From the NCBI RefSeq assembly GCF_001194135.2, contig NC_068984.1, positions 126,719,517 to 126,783,516 of the forward strand: a stretch of DNA of 64,000 nucleotides, read 5' to 3'. This DNA comes from Octopus bimaculoides (Eukaryota). The notes under the pieces are model-generated. The model searched no databases and was not told the DNA's origin. It was given only the letters and a program-made list of their open reading frames with translations. Below are positions 40,347 through 53,144 of the stretch, piece after piece; position 1 is the stretch's first letter; every line of letters begins with the position of its first letter. The position numbers and the translations under genes are program-made.

Positions 40347-43300
40347 GAGCGGACAAACAAAAGAGAAGGGCACTTGACACATTTAGCAGGAATTACATGT
40401 TTTATTATTCAAAACAGATTGATTTGGCTCTATGCAACTTCAAGTTTTGTGGGCTTCTAACAGAAACCTATCTTGTTCAACTGAATGAGTTGGGTTTCTG
40501 TTAGAAGCCTGCAAAACTTGAAACTGCATGGAGCGAAATCAAACTATTTTAATAAAATAATAATAATAATCCTTTCTACTAAAGGCACAAGGCCTGAAAT
40601 TTGGGGGCGAGGGGATAGTCGATTACATTGACCCAGTGTTTCACTGGTACTTAATTTATCAACCCCAAAAGGATGAAAGACAAAGTCAACCTCAGTGGCA
40701 TTTGAACTCAGAATGTAAGGATGGATGAAATGTCACTAAGCATTTTACCCAGCATGCTAATGATTCTATCAGCTGATAGGAAAATTAATGCCAAAAGTAA
40801 AATAGAAAGAACTGTTTTAACAGAGTACAGTGATACTCTGACACAGAACGTCAAGTATTCTAGTCAGATAAGCTTCAACAGAAGAGGTTATTTACCTTTT
40901 AACTCGCCACTTTTCCCATTCATTTTCAATTTTACATTCATAACCACTTCCATATATTTTTGGCCAATTATATTAATGCTAGCTCTGTTATTTTTCAAAT
41001 ATTTTGTAATAAATGAGTTTTATTTCAAATGATATATATCTATATACCATCATATATCGACAAAAAAGAAATAAAATTTTTAAATCTATTCTTTCTGTGC
41101 AGGCTGATGGTTGAGGACCCCTGCACTGAGGCAATGCTTATTTCATTTTTTTTCCAGTCTTTGCTTATCCTCTGAATTTAAAAGACTGTTTAACTACCAT
41201 ACAACGTGACACTTCATATGCAAGCATTATATAATATTCCCTTTACTTGGAAAGATAAACCCTACATTGCTTAGAGAGAAAAGTTGTAGCCGTGTAATAT
41301 GAAGACACAGTAGGGAGTAAGTGACTTACCTGTTGTGTGGCAGCAATAGCTTGAGATGCAGCAGCAGCAATAGCAGCATTGCTTCCTGCACCCATATGGC
41401 CTGAAACAGAGGCATGAACAACATCAAACAACAAACACCATACAGACAACACATCAGATACCACACCCAACACATTACACAATACACTGCCCAATACATT
41501 AGATAACATTCAGCCAATAGTTCAAATACCACAATGCCAACATACAGCCATCACATCACAGGCAGCAGACATCACACACTCAACACCTCTTACAATACCC
41601 AGTCAACACCTCATACACCACAAAGCCAACATATCAAACACTAGAGCCAACACATCAGACATTATAGTCAGCCCATCACACAGCCAACATATTACAGACA
41701 TCAGACATCACACACTCATCAAACACCACACCACCACACAGCTGGCACACCAAATACTGCACAGCCAATAAATTTATAACCCTTCACAATGTTACATAAA
41801 TGTGTAAATATATTAATTTCAAAGACTTTTGTGGAGAAATGGAAGAGTAATTTAAGGTTTTCAATTAAGTATCTTCAGCTAGTTGATTCATTAGTCTCAA
41901 TCACATCCTCTTAAACCAATTAAAACTTCCATTTTTCACATGTCACATGCTTGACACTGAAATATGTAATTGAGACTTAGGTGAACAATGATTATCAGGG
42001 ATTCTGTTTAGACATCTAACAGTAATAATAAACAAAGCAGTGAAACCATATTCTGTAGCTTCCAACCAGAGAAGCATTGAAACGAAAAGCTATGAGACGG
42101 CCAATAGCTATGACTTTAAAACTGTCTTTCATATTCAATACAAACCAAACACACACAATTTCACTAACTGTAACATCACGAACAACTGGTGTTACTTTAT
42201 GGCAGATCTTAAATCTTATCAAATCTGCAATATTTCTTCCTCTTAATTTTAGATTTTATATTTTGCCTATGAAGTAGAGAAGCACAAACATGTGTTTAGT
42301 GTGTATGGTAAGTAGCATTCCTGGAGTAGGTTAGCATTAGAAACCATCCAAACCATGATAATGGAGAAGAAATATATAATAAAAACTCATGTCATTTAAA
42401 CCCTTTAGCATTCATCGTATTCTATTAAAAGTAATGCTTATTTATTCACATTGTTTTGAATTAATCCTGCATTATCTTGTACCTTCGCGATTTTGATAAG
42501 TAACTTAATTTTTAGAATGATATTGTAGGGTTGGTGTGAGAGGCCAGAGCTGACAAGTAATGCCCATTAGAAGTAATGCCTATTTATTCACATTGTTTTT
42601 AATTAATCACACGTTATCATGTAGCTTTGAGATTTTGATGAGGTAATTTTTTGGAATGATATTGTAGGGTTGATGCAAGAGGCCAGATCTGGCCAGTTTG
42701 ATTATAAAACAGAATATTTTGGCCATACACGGCTGGTGTAAATGCTGAAGGGTTAAAAGATGTTAAAGGGTTGAACAATGAAGAGGGAGAATGAAAAGTG
42801 AATGCATGTTTTTCAACTTACCCAAGCTGTAGGTGATACCTGCTGGATTACCACTGCCTCCTCCTCCTGAGTTAAAGGAATTCACAGATGATGATGATGA
42901 ATTAGAAGCTGGATTAGTACGACGTTGACCTATACTCTCTTTAGCCACTTCATTGGCAAGTGAGGATAGAACTCGCTCTGTACTGGTCTGTTTGTCATTG
43001 TGATATGGTTGGGAAGGGTTGGATGCAGCTATAACACGACGTTCTGGCAGAAACAGAATAGAAATATATTTGTGTGAGATAAGTTCATCAAAGTGAATTT
43101 GTTATAGCTTCATTATCATATTTTAGTCAACAGCTAACAGTTTCCCTTTCAGAGTTTTTATAAGCCTGGCTGAAGATTTTAAATTTTTGTTGCATGTTGC
43201 ACCAGTTTTGCAAAGGAATTAACTAGAGATTGTTGAAACTTAAACAACTGCAGCAGGACCATGTTAACCACTTAAAAACTCAGACCCATATATAAATTCA

Positions 43301-46300
43301 TCATTATTTTCAATCTATTATCATTTGTGTACCAAGGTGTTTTGTCTTCATATTTATGGCCTCTTAATTGGTACTTCACTTCACTTCACTGATTGTCTTG
43401 TAAATTTAACTTTGGAATTATTCATTTTATACATGTTCCACATGAAATAAATGTAAACATCAAATATTTAATTAGCTGTTGAGTCATTATTGAAGGCTTC
43501 CTCTAACTTACAACCTTCTAACTGATACTTCACTGATAGTCTTGCTGAAAATTTACTTTTTTGGAATTATTTTATATATGTAAATAAATGGAAACTTAAT
43601 GTTGTCGAATCATCACTGAAGGCTTTGTCTTCATGTAAGAAAGTGTTGAATTAAAAACAAAGAAACATCTTGGAAGAAACTACATTGATTATGGCTGGAA
43701 ATTGCAGTGAAGAAGAATAGCTAAAGCAGGAATCAAACTTATATTACAGATTCAGATGGTCACTCACTGGCACAAACACACTGTGTGAATGGGTGATGAA
43801 TGTCAGTTATAAAACTACCATGTGTTAACAGTCAAAGGCAGAAGAAAAAGGCAGAAGAGCAGGGGTGAGGTTGGATCTCAGGATGCTGTAGTTTACTGAC
43901 AAGATGATATAATATCTAGACAAGTAGCAATATACTGGTCTGTCTGAGACTTGTCCACCATATGCCAGTATGGAAAATTGGAAGCTAAAATGATGGTGGT
44001 GGTGATGATGGTGAAGAGGAGGAAGATGATGATGGTATGTTGGTAACAGTGATGATGTTCACATAGGTGGTAAAGAAACAGCTTCAATAATTTATGTTCA
44101 TAATTGAGAAAATTAAAGCAATTACCAATGGTATATATGTAGGAACAACGTAGGCTCGTGTGGAGTGATACAGAGAAATGTAATGAACAATAGATGGAGT
44201 TGTTTAGACCCTAGTCAGTTCTGACTGAGCAAACCATAATCAAAAGTGTTATGACCATTGACCTTGGTTTATCAGACAGTATTTCCAGAGCAACATTAGA
44301 CAATGTCTCTCTTCCTGACCGACCAATATGGAAGTATATTCTAAGGGAGATTCGGCTGATTACTTCTAGCAGGTCAAGTAGCAATGTAGAGGTTCCATAG
44401 TTACTTTGGAGCTATAACAGAGATAAGTGGTAATGGTATGGTCCGAGGATGGCTGTGTATGGTAGCTACAACAGAGGCAGGTGATAGTGGTATGAACATG
44501 TGATATTAAAGGATGGTAGTTATAGTAGAGGTAAGGTCAGAATTATTCATATAACATGTCCCATATCTAGAGCTCTACTTAAAAGCAAGCCTATATACGA
44601 CAAACCCAGAGCAAACTGTGGAAGTAAATTTTCTTTTCAAGAAGGGTAAAAAAAAAATTAAAAAATCACACATGCCAGCAGCAATGGTTTTAAGAGGGTT
44701 AATCTACATATTTAGAAGAGTGTCGTATCATCTAGAATGCAAGAAATACTCACTATCTGGACGATTCTGACTCTGTTGAGGAGTATCTAATTCTAATGAC
44801 CCTGCAAGAGATACAACAGATACTTAATATAGAGAAACACTGCAGGGGAGGAAAAAAAAAAAACCCAAAACAAAAACAATAGAGCATTTAAACTGAGGTT
44901 CCCATCATTAATGACAAGTGTACTATAGTGTAGACACTAGGTAGAGGCATGACTGAGTGGTTAAGGAGTTTGCCAATCCTGTGGTTCTGAATTCTATCCC
45001 ACTGTGCAGCACATTGGGCAAGTGTCTTCTTTTCTATAACCCTTCAGTTAACAAAGGCTTATAGTGCATTTGGCAGATGGAAACTGAAAGGAACCTGTCA
45101 GATGTGTGTTTGTGTTTGTGTGTGTGTGTACGCACGCGCGCATGTGTGTGTGTACGCACGCGCGCATGTGTGTGTGTATTCGTTTACATTAGCACTTCTC
45201 TGAAAATCACAAGCTACAAGTGTTGATGTTGTCATTTCTCCCATCAACAAGTTGTTTGCTGGCTTTGCATCTTTGAAGACATGTAAAATAAAGAGATCTC
45301 TTACTTGAAAAAAAGGTAAGGATTAGTGACAGAATGGGCATTCAGCTATAAAACAATGCCTTGCTAATATATTCATCTAATCCATGCTAGCCTGGAAAAA
45401 GTGGACATAAATATGAATAAATGAAACGAACTAGAGTTAATTTTCCTGTGAAATATCTCCCATCCTACCAATCTCCAAAACAAATTATTCCAATAATTTC
45501 AGCTTGCTAAAATGAAAATAAGTATCTTTACTTGCAGAATGGTCATTGATAAGTCTCTAATTCTTTTGTAAAAAGAAAAGAAAATTCCTTCCAATAAACA
45601 AATGTTCAGATTCACAAAGAGATTTTTCCATTGATAATAGCAAGAGGTAAATCTATTAAACAATATACGTGGTCTGATCAATAAATATCCGGACTGTTGC
45701 TATAGTAATAAAGCACACAGAATGAAGTTGCTTGGCATAGACTGGCCTTGAAATCTACTGTGCATGTGCACTAAGTTTTAATGTTCTAGCTCAATTCCAC
45801 TGTTTACAGCAGTGCTTGGAAGGAACGTGTGTAGCGTGTGATTGTTGCATTGACCATGACAGAAAGTTGAGCAGAGAGTCTACATCAAATTTTGCCAAAA
45901 GCTTGGCGATACCTGCTCAGAGGCCTACACAAAGTTTGCAATGTTTTCAACACAATCAAGTAGATCTTGTGCAACTGAAATCCGAATGTTTTTTGGTCAG
46001 CTGAAAGCAGTTTTGGCACAAACTTGGCAGACACATGTCTCATACCCAAATCTCCAGTGATAATGGACTGAACTGAACTGTAACTAATCTGCACATCCTC
46101 TGATAACTCATGGATGGTGATTCGATGATTTCCTATCACAGCTGTACACACATCTGCGATGTTTTCCTCAGTTCTGCTGGTTGTGGGTCTTCCAGAACGT
46201 TCGTCAACATTGACATTTTTTCGTCCATCTTGGAAACACCTGAACCACTCATACATTCCTCTCCATTGACTTTCTGCAACTTTCATAGGCCTCTGAGCAG

Positions 46301-49300
46301 ACATCACCATGGTAACTTTCTCTGTCATGGACAATGTGATGATCACACATGACATACCTTCCTTCCAAGCACTGCTGTAAACAGCAGAAGTGGTTTCACT
46401 CTGCATGCTTTAGCTTCATTACTATGGTAACAGTCCGAATACTTATTGATGAGACTGCGTATATATATATATATATATATATATGCATATATGCACACAA
46501 GTGGGTGGACATACAAAAGAAAAAAAAGCACTCATCACATTTAGTTAAGAGTTACATAAAATTAAACTGATGTATGTATATAATTGGTACTTGAATTTTA
46601 TACATGTAAGGGGATGAAAGGCAAAGTTAACACTGATGTGAATTACAAATCAGAACATTTTAGCCTCCAATCAATATAAAGTGCATATAGTTAAGCTTCC
46701 AACTTATATAGCCATCTCCACTGATCTTACAGTAATCAACACAACCATGATTTGGGAAACATTTAATCAAAGGCACTCCAGCTGTGACCGTTTCATCTTT
46801 TAAGGGAACATTTAAGAATATATTATCTAATGTGCCCTTAAGATAGTAGAGTGTTATTAAAGAGAAATTAGACTGCTATTTCTAGCAAGCTGAGGAACAG
46901 TGTAGAGGTTCTTTAGTGTGACTACTGATGTTTGATAGTAAGGAGAGTATCTTGTGTGAGGGTGGGAGAGGAGTGTGCAGGGTTAAATCATGCTGTACAA
47001 GAGATTATGATGATTTGTAAAGATTTAATTGTTGGTCTTCAAACTTATCTCCTAATCTGTAATTCTAACAGAGATTGAACTAAACTCTGGAGTATAATTT
47101 CTAGAATTAAATGTTGAAGAAAGATCCAAATGGCCTATCTCAACTGTTAGCAATATACAAGGGGGTACTGAAAAGTTGCTAACTTTAAGGATATTACTTC
47201 TGAGCTCTTTTACAAGGCCACTGCAATAAGTGTGTGAATTTGAGAGGGGAATATGTTGAATAAAATCATAATTAACTGATCCTCTTGTATTTTCTTTTAC
47301 CCAAAGCCAGGAACCTTTCAGCAGTCCATCGTATAGTTTTGTCAATTTAGTTTGGGGTTGATTATGATAGGAAGGGACAAAGCCATATGTCTATAAGAGG
47401 TCTGGAAATTATGTAAGGAGTTAAGGTGTCGGACCTTTTGATAGTCACAAGTTAAAAGCCTTCTAGAAAAGTTAATGTGGTATGTCCCTGAAAAAAGCAC
47501 ATAACTTCTGACTGGGCATAAAACATGGGTTCTAATTCTATTTGTGACAGAAAGGACATCATCCAGCTGTGAGAATAGAAACAACTGTTGTAAGAAATAA
47601 ATCACCTCATCCATGCAAGCAAGAAAAAAAAACTGAATGTAAAACAAAACAAAAATCAAAAAATACACAAGTCCTATCTGAGCAATCAGACGATAGCAGC
47701 AGGAGTCCGGTCTTTTACCATCACAACTCATGACAAATTAATAACCTTTTGTTATTTTTTCTTTTACATATTACAATGAGATGCACTTAACATTTGATAC
47801 TTTTCTTAAGGATATTTTACCATTTCTTTTTTCTTTTTGTGTGTGATTTTTTTTAGAAATCAAAATAATTCAAAGTAAAATTATAAGGAAACCCATAAGT
47901 TAGAAATTGCTGATTTACAGGGATAGGATTAAGGTTAGAAGAGAAGAAGAACATGTAGTAGTTGAGTGATATGTGTATAGCTGACTGAACATATTTAGTG
48001 TAGGAGAAGAAAGAGTAACAAAGAAATTTCCTGAGAAAACCAGCCACAGAAAATAGCATTTTAGGAGCTTCATAATTTTTCTCTGAATTTAAAATATGTG
48101 AAAAGAATAAGAGTTTTGAAAAAAATCAAAATGAGGAATTTTTATTAAAAGACACTTACTTTTTTCTAAAATTTCTGTAATACCAGCATTATCTGCTTCC
48201 AGCTCCATCTTAAATTTTGATAATTCTTGATCTAATTTTCTTAAGTGCCTATCAACCTACAATGAAATAAAGTAGATATATGACAACCACATGGAATCAA
48301 TAATTTGGAAAAAATACCTTAGCTGAAGTTTAGTACCGGACTACTGACAACATGATCGAAATTTTTATATCTTATTACTGTTAGTAGATCGTGTACCAGA
48401 ACAAGATACCTAACTCTGCTTATTCCAGTTTGCCTGATTGAAAGAGATTTTTTAGGTAAAAAAAAAAAATAAAAATAAAAAAAAAATAAAGAAAAGTAAA
48501 ACAGGTTCCATTCCCATGTCACAGTGAAAACAAATGGTTCAACAAATAAACCATCCAAAACATACAACTATGGGAAAATGTTGAAGAAAAAGGAAAAAAA
48601 AAAAAAAAATGAAGGAAAATTCAACGTTTTTACAACTACATATTTTTGGTGTTCAGTTGCGTTGCACACATCTTGGGTAAGTGTTTAGACCCAGGTTAAC
48701 TAATACTTTGTGATTGAATTTGGTAGACCGAAACAGTGTGGAAGCTTTGTGTGTATGTGTTTGCATGTTTCCCCACCGCTACTGCTTGACAACTGGCAAT
48801 TTGCTTATATGCCCGTAACTTAGTGGTTCGGCAAAAGAGACTGAAAGAATAAGTATCATATTTAAAAATAACTACTGGGAGCAAGTTGCTCAGCTAAACC
48901 TGTCAAGGCAGTGTCTCAGCAAGGACACAGTCCAATGACTGTAACAAGTAAAAGGTAAAATGTCACCAATTCTAGTAAAAAGAGATAGATATTTACACCA
49001 GCTTGGCGATGACATAGATAGAACACACCTTTACTACTTATACTGGCGTCAAACTGAGCTGTTTACTAAGAACCTGACAGGTTATTACCTGTCAGGTACA
49101 TAGTGAAACATCATTTATTTCACCGAGCCCAAACTGTCTGATTCAACAATAATTCCCAAAATATAGAAGCATCAGTTGGCATGAAAGGTGAAGCCATATT
49201 CTTCAGATCCCCATAATGTTAGATATTTATACTGATAGAAGATTTACATTGACAATTACATTACAGATATACTGATAACAGTATTGAAGATTAATACAGG

Positions 49301-52300
49301 TAAATAGTGTGAAGATAATATTTACTGACAATTATAGTATAGATGTATAATGACAATTTCAATCAAAATTTATATTGATTATTACAAAGAAGGCTAATTA
49401 ATATTGGTTTCAAACTTTGACACATGGTCAGTAATTTCAAGGAAGGGGAGAAGTCAATTATATCAATCCCAGTGTTCCTCTGGTACTTATTTTATTAACT
49501 CAGAAAGGATGAAAGGCAAAGTCAACCTTGGTGGAATTTAAACTCAGAACATAAAGTAGCAGCATTTTGTCTGGCATGCTAACAATTCTTGATGAAGCTA
49601 ATATTGATAATCACAGTGAAGAAGTTAAACTGTGATGAAGAATCATCATCATCATCATCATTGTTTAACGTACGCTTTCCATGCTAGCATGGGTTGGACG
49701 ATTTGACTGAGGACTGGTGAAACCAGATGGCTACACCAGGCTCCAATTTGATTCGGCAGAGTTTCTACAGCTGGATGCCCTTCCTAACGCCAACCACTCT
49801 GAGAGTGTAAGAATGGAGAATAGATATATATGTACAGGAGTTTTAAGTACATATACAATAGGCCTTATCCTTAGTGAACCTATTGTATCTGGTTGATATT
49901 TTCCTAATTTTTCTTATATAAATACACAATATTTTTGATTACAAGTACTTTTGCAGTGTTACTTTTATAACATTTTCAAATACAAACTATAGGCAAACAG
50001 AAAAATGAAACATTAAATTGTATGCTTAAAGATAGTATTTATATATTTCAGCAGAGTCTGCTGAAATGAATTGATAGGTCCACATATAACATCCCAATGT
50101 ACATCTTTTTGTTTTCTCTGATAAATTATGCTCATGACACATAAATGCAAATTTAATGTACAAATTTGTAATTAAATTATTGAGTATCAATTGAAAAGTC
50201 TGTAAGAAGCGAAGATGACCAATTTGTTAATAATAAATAATTGTTAATTTCCTTATCTCCATTTTCTTTTCTTCTTTTAACTGGATATAAGTTATATGCT
50301 TAATATATATCTATTGTTTTAAAGGAATTTAATTCCCCAACAATACTAGGTATTGAACAAGTATTTCCTTGGATGCAACCATCCCTTCACAAGGTTAACA
50401 TATCTTCCAATTAAATTTTATATATATATAAGTAAATTAATGCATGTCATGGTTGAAATACAACTCATTCTTTAACTAAAATAACTAAAATAGTTTGGCA
50501 AACTGTTGTAGGGAAGATAATGTCCATGGTTACAAGTAAGGGAGATAATTACAATTAAACTGATAAAATTCACTTACTAAGTCATGTATATGGTTTGCTA
50601 AATGAACTTTTTCATCTGCATCATCAAGTACTTTAAAGTAACCCTGAAAATAAAAATGACATAATATAATATAGATACAGTAAGAAAATGAAGATGATTT
50701 AGTAACTGAACATGACAAAATCCATATAAAAGACAAAAACGACAAGCTGTCAAGGTTAAAGTTGAAATGGAGAGTACCAGGGCAGATGAAGATTGATAGA
50801 GGCCTGAAAAGAGATAGTTTGGTCAAAAAGTATCAGAGATAATGTAACAAGGAATAATGACATGTGTTAGTATGCCATACAGCAGACCTGTTAAGCACAT
50901 GTTGGTATGGAAAATGGGCATTAAAAGAAACATAGTGGTAATGATGAAAATTCAAATACAAAAATAAAATAGTTATACATGACATAGCATATGTATTTGT
51001 ACAGACATGACAGAAGTAAACAGACACTCTTATAATCGTTAAAATTTATTTAAATCTGAAATTATATATTCAAATTATTTATTAAGTATTATAAATGTGA
51101 ATATCTAATATTTAGTAGACATGCCCTTTGTATTTTTCAATGCAAGGACCCTATTAGGAATGCTACTGATCAGATGACAAATATTCTCTTGAAGAATTTC
51201 TTGCCAGGTTTCATGCAGTAATCTCAAAAGATCTGGTTTTGAGGATGCTTTATTGTGCTCTTTACAAAGTGTCCTGTCCATTATGCCTCAGAGGTGTTCA
51301 ATAGGATACATATCTGGTGACTGGCTTGGCCATGGAAGCTTTTTACTGTCATTCTCATCCAACCAATCTTGAGTCTTTTTAACTGTGTGACAAGGAGGCT
51401 ATCTTCCATAAATAGTCTTCTTTAAACATTTCACCACTGGAGAAGATTGGAAGGAGTCCTTTCTGCAATATGGACACATCTGAGTTTATGTTTTCCTTAC
51501 TCTCCACCAGCTCTGGTCAACCATTGCTCCAAATTGCTCCCCAGACCATTACAGAATAGCTGCTGTGTTTTATTGTTGGCTACAATCTTTTCATGTCAAA
51601 TTCTTGATCACAGAGTCTCCAGACCCACTGTTAAAAAATACAACAAATCTGGACTCATCAGAGAATATGAGTGTCCCAAAATGCTAGTGACCTCTTCACC
51701 ATCTCACTGGCCCAATCTTTTCTCTGCTTGATATTGGCGGGTCAAAGAAGTGGCTTCCTTCTTGCTGCTCTATCATAATAGCCAAGTTTGTGGAGATACC
51801 TAATGGCTGTTCTGGGACTGACATCAACTTGTTCTGCTATGTCAGAGGCCTTGCAATGAGGATTATTCTCTACACTTCTCTTAACAAAGTGAAAGGTCCA
51901 ATCAGAGGACCCTGGTCGACCAGGATGAGGTGATGTTAACTCCTTCCATTTCCTGGTGAATTGCACAATCACTCTATCAACTATGGAAAGAGAGATCCCA
52001 AGGTTTTCTGCGATTTTATGCTTACTTAGTCCACCTTCAGATTGACCCACAATACAGCCTCTCTGAAATTCAGACAGTTCCAAGGCTTCTCTTGTACGTG
52101 GTGTGATTAAACAGTCACATATAGAAATCGAAACATAAAAATGCCAATTAATAAAAAATATAAACCACTTCAAGTTAAAATAAACATAAAAAGTTGTTTT
52201 ATGGGGTGTCTATTTACTTCTATCATGTCTGTGTACAGTAGGTGTATATAAATACATTGGAAAGTTTTTGGGAGTTAGAACCCAAGTTAATGAGCATGTG

Positions 52301-52986
52301 ATCCACATCAAGAATCCTGCTCAATTTCAGTATAGAAGGTCATATACTCTTGTTACATATATGCTAGTACAGAAAGATTTCATGCATTGAACATATTCTC
52401 AGGCGAAAGTTGTATCATTGTTGACATAAATGAGATAGCTTCAAAGGATATCATCATCATCGTTTTAATTCCCACTTTTCCATGCTTGCATGGGTCAGAC
52501 AGAATTCCTTGAAGCAGATTTTCTATAACCAGATGCTCTTCTTATAGTTAACTCTTACCCGTTTCCAAGTAAGATATTTCCCTATGATCATACATGTTTA
52601 CAGAGAAGACTGGGAATGAAGGACACCACCTGTATGACAGTGATGCTCATTTAAAACTATGTCATGGTATCAAGAGACACAAACACACACACACACAGCA
52701 GGCTTCTTTCAGTTTTTGACCCAAGGTTTTAGTAGAAGACATTTGCCAAAAGTACCATGCAGTGAAGCTGAAGCAGAAACCATGTATCCGGGAAGCAAAC
52801 TTCTTAACCACACAGCCACACCTGTACCATATATGTAATGATGTATTGTTTTTTCTTCTTGTTTTTGCCTTTGTGAGTTACAAGTGATGCTATCTGTGGG
52901 ATTCTCAGCTTTTTTAGCTGCTATTTCTGAACTTCGGTATTTGGTGAAGCAAATATTTGCTGATCCCTTAATTATATTTATATTTA

Positions 52987-53018
<32 letters not shown>

Positions 53019-53106
53019 CTTTATTTAAAAGCAGCAGAAATATAACAAAAAAACCGTTACTCTGAGTTTCACGTTCCCGTTCATCGGACAGTTTTGCTTA
53101 CTCCGG

Positions 53107-53144
<38 letters not shown>

